Part shown: positions 1 through 8,751 of the stretch, piece after piece
Position numbering within the stretch: the stretch's first letter is position 1
Layout: every line of letters starts with the position of its first letter
Assembly (NCBI GenBank): GCA_048939625.1
Contig: JBHLPH010000009.1
Span: 1 to 64,000, forward strand
Reading direction: 5' to 3'
DNA: 64,000 nt
Source: Promethearchaeota archaeon
Lineage (GTDB): Archaea; Asgardarchaeota; Hermodarchaeia; Hermodarchaeales; Hermodarchaeaceae
Notes under the pieces: generated by a model
The model's database searches: none
Told to the model about the DNA's origin: nothing
Seen by the model: the letters and a program-made list of their open reading frames with translations, nothing else
Program-made: the position numbers and the translations under genes

Positions 1-494
1 AATCGGGTTATTCCATCGACTTCTAAAATAAATTCAGCGACAACACTTGGCACTAACGATTTCCATTCTTCTCCTTGACGAATCCTACGGCGGATTTCAG
101 TTCCTGAGTGGCTTTTCTTCTTGAAGAGCACAATTTTTTCAACTGCAATATTTTCTTTTGAAAAGAGAGTTGCACCCGTTTCCGACCCAGTGTAAACAAC
201 ACCAAATGGAGGCACATACTGTTTAACATGATTAACCCAAAGTGTAAAATTATGAACATCAGGAACGGGTATGATAAGATATCGAGAGCAAGGAACATCT
301 AGCTGTTCTAGAACTCGTTGTAGCATAACGATTCGTTCTGCTGTAGTAAACGGATTTTTAGGAGTATACCCTGACTGGGCACTACCGACTACAATATACA
401 GGTATTTTTCCTTTGATAGAATTTTCTTTATGGCCAGCAAATGTCCATTATGAAATGGTTGAAATCTTCCAATGAAAAGAGCTGGTTGCTTCAC
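1..494 (-). CDS. nadM: Nicotinamide-nucleotide adenylyltransferase (3' end outside window)
   Basis: Missing from the ORF track. Manual translation from GTG at 494 gives (M)KQPALFIGRFQPFHNGHL...VVGSAQ...NPFT...SGTEIR, matching archaeal NMNAT motifs; open to the window edge. Confidence 0.9.
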   Translation of the reverse strand, partial: MKQPALFIGRFQPFHNGHLLAIKKILSKEKYLYIVVGSAQSGYTPKNPFTTAERIVMLQRVLEQLDVPCSRYLIIPVPDVHNFTLWVNHVKQYVPPFGVVYTGSETGATLFSKENIAVEKIVLFKKKSHSGTEIRRRIRQGEEWKSLVPSVVAEFILEVDGITR

Positions 495-509
495 CGGATT
501 TCACCACTT

Positions 510-1094
510 CTAAATCAAAAAGCATTTGCGATCAACGGTATTATTATCCCTAACGATTACTCCTTCTGCTCGAAGAATCCGTGATTTTTCTTGTGTACCA
601 CTAGTTGTTCCACCAAGCTTTCCTAAGGTACCATCTGAATGAATCACACGATGGCATGGAACAGCCCAAGGAACTGGGTTACTTCGCATCACTGACCCCA
701 CACCTCTTGGTGAGGAGTTGCTTATTTTAGCGAGACTACCATATGAAATGACTTTACCACGTGGAACCTTTAGCAATTGCTTTGAGATTGATAGACGAGC
801 CCGAGACCAATTCGTTTGTGAAATCTCGTTTAGAGCAAAAGGTTGACCCTTACCTTCAAGAAGTTGGACAAGTCGGCTGCTTACTTGTGAAGATCTTGAA
901 ACCAACTGAGTTTTATCAAATTCATGAAGGCGTCGAAAACGACGAAGGGTTTCTTCCAAATTGGTTCGCGCCTCATTCTCTGATTGGTTCGACGAAGTAC
1001 AGGCAACAAGATTGTTGGTCTCCATTTCGATAGCAAATGCTATCCACCGATTCGCCTTAGCTTGGATTGATCCAATACCAATCACTGTTATCAC
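510..1094 (-). CDS. ogt: Methylated-DNA--protein-cysteine methyltransferase
   Basis: VPRGKVISYG...RGVG...NP..VPCHRV active-site motif. Confidence 0.9.
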   Translation of the reverse strand: MITVIGIGSIQAKANRWIAFAIEMETNNLVACTSSNQSENEARTNLEETLRRFRRLHEFDKTQLVSRSSQVSSRLVQLLEGKGQPFALNEISQTNWSRARLSISKQLLKVPRGKVISYGSLAKISNSSPRGVGSVMRSNPVPWAVPCHRVIHSDGTLGKLGGTTSGTQEKSRILRAEGVIVRDNNTVDRKCFLI

Positions 1095-1141
1095 ATAAGC
1101 ACTTTAATTAAACCTCTATAAAGCAATTGATGTGACGGAAA

Positions 1142-2209
1142 ATGGTTGTTGAAATTGATGGCTCCGTTCTGGAAGGGGGAGGGCAAATCCTTCGGTCTGC
1201 CATAGCTTTTGCTGCTGTTTTAGGTCAACAACTTATTGTCGATAAAATACGTGCAAAACGAACAACCCCTGGACTGCGTCCACAACACCTTCACGGAATA
1301 TTAGCTATCAAAGAGTTAACAAAAGCTCAGGTAAAAGGAACACACGAAGGATCAAAACGAATCGAATTTTTTCCCCAAAAAAAGCAAGGAGGTTCACTAA
1401 TAGTTAATATCGGTACGGCTGGAGCCATTAGCCTTGTTCTACAAGGGTTGATGATTGTAGCCCCATTTTGTAAACACCCAATAACTGCAAAGCTAACTGG
1501 TGGAACAAACGTCGCGTGGAGTCCTCCAATAGATTATCTCAAAAACGTTCTCTTACCCCGACTTGAGCAAATGGGTTTTCTTGGGGAGATTGAAATCTCA
1601 AAACGCGGATACTACCCTCGTGGTGGTGGTCATGTAAAGACCGAACTATCACCAATCAAAAAACTCCAATCACTTTCATTAACTAATGAAAAACTTCTCC
1701 CAATAATTACTGGAATATCTCATTGTGGATCACTTCCCCGGCATATTGCTGAAAGGCAAGCTGGAGCTGCCAAAAACCTACTTACTGAGACTGGACACTC
1801 TGTAGACATAATTTCAATCGAGCATATTCAAAATACTCATTCTCCTGGAAGTGGTATCTCTCTCTTCGCAAAAAATTCGCCGAATCGAATCATTGGAGCT
1901 GATGCATTAGGACGTCGGGGTTTAAAGGCTGAAAAAGTAGGAGAATCTGCGGCTCGATCACTTCTCGACGAGTTGGCTACTCATGCTTCAGTTGACCAAT
2001 TCCAAGCAGATATGTTAATTCCGTATATCGCACTTGCAAATGGCACTTCCACTATCACAATTTCAAAACTTACCCTGCATACAATTACAAACATTCACAT
2101 AGTTGAGCAGTTTCTTGACATAAAGTTCGAGATACAAGGGAAGCTTGGCACTAGGTCAAAAATCAAGGTTAAAGGGATTGGTTTTGAAGGAGAAGTAATT
2201 TCTCAGTAA
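1142..2209 (+). CDS. rtcA: RNA 3'-terminal phosphate cyclase
   Basis: IDGS.LEGGGQILR, PGLRPQH, GYYPRGGG, D...ADML, TLH..TN motifs. Confidence 0.95.
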   Translation: MVVEIDGSVLEGGGQILRSAIAFAAVLGQQLIVDKIRAKRTTPGLRPQHLHGILAIKELTKAQVKGTHEGSKRIEFFPQKKQGGSLIVNIGTAGAISLVLQGLMIVAPFCKHPITAKLTGGTNVAWSPPIDYLKNVLLPRLEQMGFLGEIEISKRGYYPRGGGHVKTELSPIKKLQSLSLTNEKLLPIITGISHCGSLPRHIAERQAGAAKNLLTETGHSVDIISIEHIQNTHSPGSGISLFAKNSPNRIIGADALGRRGLKAEKVGESAARSLLDELATHASVDQFQADMLIPYIALANGTSTITISKLTLHTITNIHIVEQFLDIKFEIQGKLGTRSKIKVKGIGFEGEVISQ

Positions 2210-3206
2210 CTTTCGTTGATTGCTTAATTACATCATGCAATAATTGATCCACACCTTCTTCAGTTACAGTGCTAATTATCGGAACTGCTGCTTCATCAAT
2301 CAGGTTTTTTGCACGATGAACCTCTTCCAGTGAGGCGATATCTATTTTGTTGATAACTGGAAATATTTCAATCTCTGGAAACGATTTTCGGATTTCATTT
2401 AGTAATCCCATTTGGCTAGAAATCTCATAGCCACATGTTAAGGTGGGATCTATTAGAAAGATAATCACGTCTGCAAGGTATTGAATAGCAGCTATTGCGC
2501 GTTGCTCAATTGGGTTCCTTTCTTTCATTGGACGGTCAAGTAATCCAGGCACATCAAGGATTTGGCCTTCGATGGAATCAATGTTAACGTGCCCTACACT
2601 AATTTTTTTCGTTGTAAATGGGTATTCTGCAACTTCCGGAGTAGCTGTAGACATCAGTGCGACAAGTGAGCTTTTCCCCACGTTGGGAGAACCTGCAATC
2701 ACAATCACAGGGAGTTGCAGATTAATTGATGGAAAACGGCGATATTCTAACGCGGCTTTTCGAATGGTAATCAAGCGCGCATCGATTTTTCTCATTACTG
2801 ATGAAATCCGCCCATAGGCTGCACTTCTTAGTTTACGTGCCTCTGCAGTCGTCTTCGCCTTTCGTAAATTTCGATTAGCATCACGAATAATTCCCTTAAT
2901 AATACGAACTGCTGATGTCACTGAGGCTAGAGCCTGTCGAATTTCATCAATTGTTACAACGGTATCAGCTAGTGTTCGATAAAATGGATCTATGTTATCA
3001 AAATTCGGGAATCGCTTGACAACCTCTTCTAATCTAGTTGTGAGTATGTCATCAACCTTGTTAAGTTTAGCAATTTCTTTTTCTCGCGCCCGTATGTAAG
3101 GAGCCTTCTTGGATTTAGGGAGTGACACTTTTGCAGCTCGGGCGAAAGCAACATCGAGTAACTCTTTGGTGTTAGGAATATACTTTAAACCGGTAAATGG
3201 GTTCAC
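2169..3206 (-). CDS. NOG1-family GTP-binding protein
   Basis: GSPNVGKSS, YPFTTK, DVPGLLDRP..ERN.IE, NKID. Confidence 0.92.
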   Translation of the reverse strand: MNPFTGLKYIPNTKELLDVAFARAAKVSLPKSKKAPYIRAREKEIAKLNKVDDILTTRLEEVVKRFPNFDNIDPFYRTLADTVVTIDEIRQALASVTSAVRIIKGIIRDANRNLRKAKTTAEARKLRSAAYGRISSVMRKIDARLITIRKAALEYRRFPSINLQLPVIVIAGSPNVGKSSLVALMSTATPEVAEYPFTTKKISVGHVNIDSIEGQILDVPGLLDRPMKERNPIEQRAIAAIQYLADVIIFLIDPTLTCGYEISSQMGLLNEIRKSFPEIEIFPVINKIDIASLEEVHRAKNLIDEAAVPIISTVTEEGVDQLLHDVIKQSTKVTEKLLLLQNQSL

Positions 3207-3287
3207 TTGAACTCACAACTCTAATGTGAAGCAAGTCACAAAGATTTTTTAACTGCTTTCCTACGTTAGCTGAGAAGGTAAAAGAAA

Positions 3288-3905
3288 ATGTGCAGTCAAT
3301 CTGATCTAACGCCTTTCTTTGGTGCAGCCACCGTTGGCATAACTTTCGAGAATGGGATAGTCATCGGAGCCGAGAAACGGGTACTCTGGGGTTATACCGT
3401 CGTAAGTAAAACAGGTAAGAAAGTATTTTCTATAACTGATAACATCATCGTAGGTAGTGCTGGAGTGAGCGGTGATTACCAAATGCTTTCATCGTTTCTC
3501 ACTGCAGAATCCAGCCTCTTCGAACTTGAAAATCGAAGACCTATCACCGTCAACGCAGCAGCCCAACTCCTGTCAAACATCTTGTTCAGCCGAAAATATA
3601 TGCCCTATCTCACCCAGACACTAATCGGTGGCGTTGACCAGACGGGCTCTCACCTTTACAGTCTTGATCTCGCAGGCTCACTGATTGAAGAGAAATATGC
3701 AGCTGTGGGCACTGCTACATCGTTAGTGTTAGGAGTACTTGAAGCGAATTATCGTGAAAATTTAACGAAAGCTGAAGCAATGGAGCTCGCTGTGAAAGCA
3801 ATTCGATCTGCCACACGGCGTGATGCCATGTCCGGTGACGGAATCGATCTTCTCGTAGTCACAAGAAAGGGCATGGAATCAAAACACATCTCATTAGCGG
3901 ATTGA
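3288..3905 (+). CDS. psmB: Proteasome beta subunit, probably non-catalytic (Ala at Thr1 position)
   Basis: G-AATVGI, AEKR, KKVF, GGVD, RD.MSGDGID Ntn-fold motifs. Confidence 0.9.
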   Translation: MCSQSDLTPFFGAATVGITFENGIVIGAEKRVLWGYTVVSKTGKKVFSITDNIIVGSAGVSGDYQMLSSFLTAESSLFELENRRPITVNAAAQLLSNILFSRKYMPYLTQTLIGGVDQTGSHLYSLDLAGSLIEEKYAAVGTATSLVLGVLEANYRENLTKAEAMELAVKAIRSATRRDAMSGDGIDLLVVTRKGMESKHISLAD

Positions 3906-3916
3906 GACACATACGA

Positions 3917-4873
3917 TTAGTTCTTCGTTAATAGTACGACTCTGCTTACTGTATCTTCATTTACCATCGTATACTCCGATTCATTTGCTAGTTTTTCTGC
4001 AAAATCTCGGATTTCTTTCATACTAGGCATGTTCTCGCGAGATAAGCGTTGCATGCTTCCGCCAACATGCATATACGCCTTACATTCAATGAAATTTGGC
4101 TGAGACGCATCGAGGATTTTTGCATAGTGAGAAACGTTGTGCATGTTGCGTCCAGCAACAAGTGTCATTCGCACGACGCTAGGACAGGAAAATGTTGAAA
4201 GTAGGCTTAGGGAATCTTGGAGGCGGTCCCAAGCCTTGGGAATGGAGGGGCGACAAAGTGCTTGATGTGTTTTTTTATCAGGAGCCACAAAAGAGATGTA
4301 TAATTGAGTCGGTTCTTGAATTTCTTGAAGCACCTGTGGATTTGTACCATTGCTAACTAGATAACTAGTCCAACCACGATGCTTGCACTCTTGAATTAAT
4401 TCTGAAAGGCGCTCATAACCTGTTGGTTCTCCAACAAGACTAATGGCAACATGTCTGGGATTTCGTGCTTCTTCATACATCTTTGGCAGAACTTTAGGAT
4501 GGCAAACTGGATTATATCCATCTAGAATTTTGCGTTGTTCAATTACCGCATTATCTAAGATCTCATCAGGATTATCTGGGATTTCCTTAGGTAACCGGCT
4601 GGGGTATCCCTCATCTCCTGGCATAGAGCGCCAGCAGAATCGGCAGGACTGATTGCATTGAAGAGTGGGTGATAATTGCATGCATCTATGAGTACTAATT
4701 GTGCCATAGAAAGTCTGTTTATAGCATGGCCGTTGCTGGGTTAGTGCTTTGTGGAGGTGGTAACATTTCTTTAGAACGCTATTTCTACCAATGAACCGAT
4801 AGCGTTGCCGGCGATAAATTTTAGCTAAATCGGTAGAAACCACGGGACCAACCGATGATTCAGCCAGAGCCAA
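3917..4873 (-). CDS. taw1: 4-demethylwyosine synthase TYW1/Taw1 (radical SAM)
   Basis: CYKQTFYG..THRCMQ, CNQSCRFCWR, HVAISLVGEPT, FIECKAY..VG.S. Confidence 0.93.
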   Translation of the reverse strand: MALAESSVGPVVSTDLAKIYRRQRYRFIGRNSVLKKCYHLHKALTQQRPCYKQTFYGTISTHRCMQLSPTLQCNQSCRFCWRSMPGDEGYPSRLPKEIPDNPDEILDNAVIEQRKILDGYNPVCHPKVLPKMYEEARNPRHVAISLVGEPTGYERLSELIQECKHRGWTSYLVSNGTNPQVLQEIQEPTQLYISFVAPDKKTHQALCRPSIPKAWDRLQDSLSLLSTFSCPSVVRMTLVAGRNMHNVSHYAKILDASQPNFIECKAYMHVGGSMQRLSRENMPSMKEIRDFAEKLANESEYTMVNEDTVSRVVLLTKN

Positions 4874-4938
4874 TCATTTAAGTATTCTGTTTTCACAGCA
4901 CCAACACAAACCCGAATCTGTGCAAGGAGCTTTCAACT

Positions 4939-5568
4939 TTGAATCTCAAAACCATAGGCGATAGTATATATTCAAATCTAGCATCCCAAAACACATCTCG
5001 CGATTTGCTGATCAATGAAATGCACAAGGTGCTTAAAGAAACTCGAAAAGCGATTTCTGCTATACATCAAAATGAGATGAAGAAGGCTAGGACTTCACTA
5101 GAAGATGCTCAATCTATGTTGAAAGCCGCTCAGAAGCATCTTAAAAAATTGAGTCAACTTCCTGTAATTGGACTTGTTCATGACGCTGAAGGCGAAGTTA
5201 CTGAGGCTACGCTCCTTTTGGCGTTTCGCCATAATGAGGAGCTTCCGAACCCAGAAAAAATCGGTGTTAGTGATATTGGCTATCTTCAAGGACTGGGGGA
5301 CCTTGTAGGCGAACTTCGTCGGTATTCAATTGATTCTCTAAGTCAGGATAATTTAGACGAAGCTAAAAGAGCATTTAGCCAAATGGGACAAATATACGAA
5401 ATACTGATGACCTTTGATTTTCCGCGTGGATTAACACCTGGGATTCGAAGGAAAACAGACGTTGCTCGTGGTCTTATAGAACGAACACGCGCAGATCTCA
5501 GTACAGCAATTGAAAATCGTCGGCTACTTGCAGGAATTACCTCATTACAAAACTCACTTGGAAATTAA
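4939..5568 (+). CDS. Translin/TRAX (C3PO)-like protein
   Basis: All-helical; E..EA, YLQGLGDLVGELRR, RRKTDVAR.LIERT motifs. Confidence 0.85.
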   Translation: MNLKTIGDSIYSNLASQNTSRDLLINEMHKVLKETRKAISAIHQNEMKKARTSLEDAQSMLKAAQKHLKKLSQLPVIGLVHDAEGEVTEATLLLAFRHNEELPNPEKIGVSDIGYLQGLGDLVGELRRYSIDSLSQDNLDEAKRAFSQMGQIYEILMTFDFPRGLTPGIRRKTDVARGLIERTRADLSTAIENRRLLAGITSLQNSLGN

Positions 5569-5583
5569 TGGAGGCTATCTTCC

Positions 5584-6237
5584 CTGCCTACAAAGTTTTC
5601 TACCACAAGGGCACGTGAAGTCCAACTAGATTTAGTTTCGCGACTTATTGAACAGGATGACTTTCATAATCCTCCCCGGACTGTATGCGGGCTAGATGTC
5701 TCTTATTACAAACATACTGCTATTGGCGTTGCTGTTCTACTGACCTTTCCTAAGTTAAAGCAACTTGAACACCAAATCGTCTATGTTCAAACTCAAGTTC
5801 CATACATCCCAACATTTCTGTCTTTTCGAGAGTACCCCCCCTTATCATTAGCTTATAATTCCCTTTCACAAACTCCCGATCTTTGTTTTGTAGATGCACA
5901 TGGTAAGGCACATCCTCGAATGCTTGGAGCCGCTAGCCACTTTGGAATTTTACGGGATACTCCAACAATTGGGGTGGCAAAAAGTCATCTGTGTGGAACA
6001 ATAAAATCTAACCCGAAATCCTATGATACCATTATCCTCAATGATGAAGTTGTTGGTGCACGATATGTATCCAAACCTAGGTGTAACCCAATTTACATCA
6101 GTACGGGGCATCGGGTTTCTCTAAAAGAAGCAGTAAAATTGACAAAAAAGTGTATCACGAAGTATCGCCTACCTGAACCAATCCGTCTTGCACACAATAT
6201 TGCAACTAAGGAACGTCAAAAACTTAAACAAAAATGA
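5584..6237 (+). CDS. nfi: Endonuclease V (probable CTG start)
   Basis: Frame of ORF 5920..6237 is open back to 5569 and contains GLDVSY, PYIPTFLSFRE, VDAHGKAHPR, IGVAK, STGH, PEPIR.AH. No ATG/GTG/TTG before 5920; GGAGG (5570-5574) precedes CTG at 5584. Confidence 0.88.
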   Translation: MPTKFSTTRAREVQLDLVSRLIEQDDFHNPPRTVCGLDVSYYKHTAIGVAVLLTFPKLKQLEHQIVYVQTQVPYIPTFLSFREYPPLSLAYNSLSQTPDLCFVDAHGKAHPRMLGAASHFGILRDTPTIGVAKSHLCGTIKSNPKSYDTIILNDEVVGARYVSKPRCNPIYISTGHRVSLKEAVKLTKKCITKYRLPEPIRLAHNIATKERQKLKQK

Positions 6238-6935
6238 TGATTTTCATGAAAGAACAACTGTGGTTCACGCTTCTAACTTTGGCTCAGTTGGGTGCTGTAA
6301 CAAATAATATCCGCACCTCCACATCTCGGATTGCCCAGCTTTTACAAATCAGTCAGCAGACTGCTTCCCGAAGACTGCTAGAATTGGAAAAACGTGGCTT
6401 AATTCAACGCGTTCTCAACAACCGTGGGCAATTAATCAAAATCCAACAGAAAGGAATCTCTGAATTAACGAAAGTCCAATCCATCTTAGAAATGGCAATG
6501 ACCAAGAAACGATACCGAAGCTTTAGAGGAAGAATCCTAACCGGATTAGGAGAAGGTGCCTATTACATCCAGTTAGAAGGTTATCGAAAACAATTTCGTA
6601 GACTGCTGGGCTACACTCCTTATCCTGGAACTCTTAATATCCAACTACTCACCGAAACAGACGTTAATGAATTTCATCTACTCAAAGCGACCCTTGGTAT
6701 TGAAATTCACGGCTTCTTGACTGGTGATCGAAGCTTTGGGCCTGTTACTTGTTACCCAGCTACGGTAAATGGGGAGCAAACGGCTGCTGTACTCTTGATT
6801 GAGCGCACACATCATCAATCTAATGTTGTAGAAATCATAGCACCAATAAGTTTGAGGCAAAACCTCAATGTCACCGACGGTGATATTATCACTGTGAAAT
6901 TCGATCTTTCTGATTTGACATTGCCTTCTCAATAA
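6234..6935 (+). CDS. ribK: HTH-containing CTP-dependent riboflavin kinase (RbkR type)
   Basis: N-terminal wHTH (SQQTASR), G.GEGAYY, PYPGTLN, RTHH, E.IAP..LR. Confidence 0.92.
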   Translation: MMIFMKEQLWFTLLTLAQLGAVTNNIRTSTSRIAQLLQISQQTASRRLLELEKRGLIQRVLNNRGQLIKIQQKGISELTKVQSILEMAMTKKRYRSFRGRILTGLGEGAYYIQLEGYRKQFRRLLGYTPYPGTLNIQLLTETDVNEFHLLKATLGIEIHGFLTGDRSFGPVTCYPATVNGEQTAAVLLIERTHHQSNVVEIIAPISLRQNLNVTDGDIITVKFDLSDLTLPSQ

Positions 6936-7338
6936 TTCGTGTTGTACTATTCAAGGGAAATTCATCGAATAGTTGGTCTAGTCGGACAACCTTGGTTTTC
7001 ATACCCTTTTCACTAAGTCTGTTCTGGATTTTCTCTAGTGAAATATTTTGGTTTGGACCTAACATTAGAATATCCGGATGTAGCTCCTCAACAATGCTTA
7101 CATAATCATACCCTGGATTACCAAGAACAGCTTTAGTGACTCCTTTCAATGCTTCAACCATAAACAAACGTTGTTTCTCAGGTACAATAACCGGATGTCC
7201 TTTAGTATGGAGCACATTTTCATCTCGGGCTATTACTACAATAACTTCACCAAGCTTTGCAGCCTCGTTTATAAGAAAAACATGGCCCGGATGAAGAATA
7301 TCAAAAGTGCCCGCAATAAGAATTCGCTTTTTCGTCAT
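6889..7338 (-). CDS. ribL: FAD synthase
   Basis: GTFDILHPGH, ARD, LG.NQ, STT.II; adjacent to ribK. Confidence 0.88.
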   Translation of the reverse strand: MTKKRILIAGTFDILHPGHVFLINEAAKLGEVIVVIARDENVLHTKGHPVIVPEKQRLFMVEALKGVTKAVLGNPGYDYVSIVEELHPDILMLGPNQNISLEKIQNRLSEKGMKTKVVRLDQLFDEFPLNSTTRIIEKAMSNQKDRISQ

Positions 7339-7392
7339 GTTATTCGCCTTTCTAGACTTGAAACTATAAAATCTTAGGGCTCATCCCTTTTT

Positions 7393-7407
7393 CAGAAAGT
7401 TTTAAAA
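7393..7407 (+). promoter_or_regulatory. BRE/TATA box for tRNA-Lys
   Basis: CAGAAAG-TTTTAAAA ending 26 nt upstream of the tRNA 5' end. Confidence 0.6.
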
Positions 7408-7433
7408 TGGTAGTAGAAAAATTGCTCAAATAC

Positions 7434-7551
7434 GGGCTCGTAGCTTAGCCAGGCAGAGCGTCGGGCTCTTAAGCCAATTTCATTGGAGAAACCCGATTGT
7501 CGGGGGTTCGAAAGCAAATAATCTTGTCCGAAAATCCCCCCGAGCCCGCCA
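7434..7551 (+). tRNA. tRNA-Lys(CUU) with two BHB introns: 37/38 (7472..7490) and 59/60 (7513..7534); CCA encoded
   Basis: Acceptor GGGCTCG/CGAGCCC-G-CCA; anticodon CTT 7468-7470; BHB helices CUCU/GGAG and UUCG/CGAA with 3-nt bulges; splicing restores the TTCGAAT loop. Confidence 0.93.
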
Positions 7552-7557
7552 TTTCCT

Positions 7558-8556
7558 TTAATCCGAAAAATGTTCATATCCTTTCGGCTCAATTGGTTTT
7601 TCTTTTCCGTCAATCCGTAAGACTTTCTCTGGTTCTTCAAGTATGCTACCAATCCGAATGAGCGATCCTCCAACTTGCTGAACTTTCGTCTCTACCTCAT
7701 TCCATTTCTCAGGTGCCATAGTAACAATTAACTCGAATTCTTCTCCTCCATATAAGGCAAGGTCAACTGGATCTAAATCATTCGCCGATGCGAATTTCTC
7801 ACATATTTCTGGAATAGGAAGATAATCAAGTTGGAATCCGACTCGACTTGCCGAAGACAGCTCATACAAAGACCATGCAAGCCCATCACTACTATCTATC
7901 GAAGCAGAAACAAAACCGCTTTGAGCTAGTATCTGGCCTTCTTTTAATCGAGCTTTCGGATGTAATGCTGACTCACGAATTTGTGCAACGAGTCCAGCGG
8001 GTTCAGAACAACCCCGTAACAAAGCCTCAAATAATGCCCCAGTATACCCAAAGTTGCCTGTGGTAGCAATCAAATCACCCGGTTTAGCCCCACTTCGCCT
8101 AAGAATCTGATTCCGAGGTACCTTTCCAATTGCTGTGCAGTCAATCACCAGGTCCAGGCATTGATTAGTATCCCCTCCGAGATAATATGTATCATGCTCA
8201 CGACACACATAATTTAATCCTCCAACAATTGCCGCAACAAAATTTGTTTCTGTATCTGTTGGTAAACCTAAGGAAAATATCACACCAAGAGGTATGGCTC
8301 CTTTTGCAGCTAGATCGCTTAATCCCATAACTCCAGCTTTCCACGCAATTTCGCTAGCAGACATCCCAGGTAAAACATCAGTTGATCCAACCAGCATATC
8401 ACTATTCGCGATGATGGCTTCATCATTAAGAGGTACAGCTACTGCATCCTCCATTCCAGAGAGAAGCGCTTTATCATAAGGAGTGATTAAATCCTGAAAC
8501 CAACGGATTAATCCTCTTTCGCCAAGATCACGAAGTTTATTCGTCTTTTTCGACAT
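7558..8556 (-). CDS. thiL: Thiamine-monophosphate kinase
   Basis: GE..LI, SDLAAKGA, GGDTN, DSSDGL, GGEEFEL, GYEHF. Confidence 0.93.
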   Translation of the reverse strand: MSKKTNKLRDLGERGLIRWFQDLITPYDKALLSGMEDAVAVPLNDEAIIANSDMLVGSTDVLPGMSASEIAWKAGVMGLSDLAAKGAIPLGVIFSLGLPTDTETNFVAAIVGGLNYVCREHDTYYLGGDTNQCLDLVIDCTAIGKVPRNQILRRSGAKPGDLIATTGNFGYTGALFEALLRGCSEPAGLVAQIRESALHPKARLKEGQILAQSGFVSASIDSSDGLAWSLYELSSASRVGFQLDYLPIPEICEKFASANDLDPVDLALYGGEEFELIVTMAPEKWNEVETKVQQVGGSLIRIGSILEEPEKVLRIDGKEKPIEPKGYEHFSD

Positions 8557-8633
8557 CTACAATCCCTTCAAGTGCTATTATTAACTACTAAGTCGAAATC
8601 TTTTTGGGTCTCCCTATTCAACTCATCTACAGC

Positions 8634-8733
8634 GCCTCGGTAGCTCAGTGGTAGAGCGACAGCCTCGTAAACTTCTTTTCTTTGTGGTCGAGTAAGCTGC
8701 TGGTCGTGGGTTCAATCCCCGCCCGAGGCTCCA
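8634..8733 (+). tRNA. tRNA-Thr(CGU) with BHB intron at 37/38 (8670..8694); CCA encoded
   Basis: Acceptor GCCTCGG/CCGAGGC-T-CCA; anticodon CGT 8666-8668; BHB CUCG-UAA...CGAG-UAA. Confidence 0.93.
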
Positions 8734-8751
8734 TTTTCTTCAAGTGATCAT

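Noticed and set aside
7392-7673. 93-aa minus-strand ORF
   Set aside because: Antisense to tRNA-Lys and overlaps thiL; spurious
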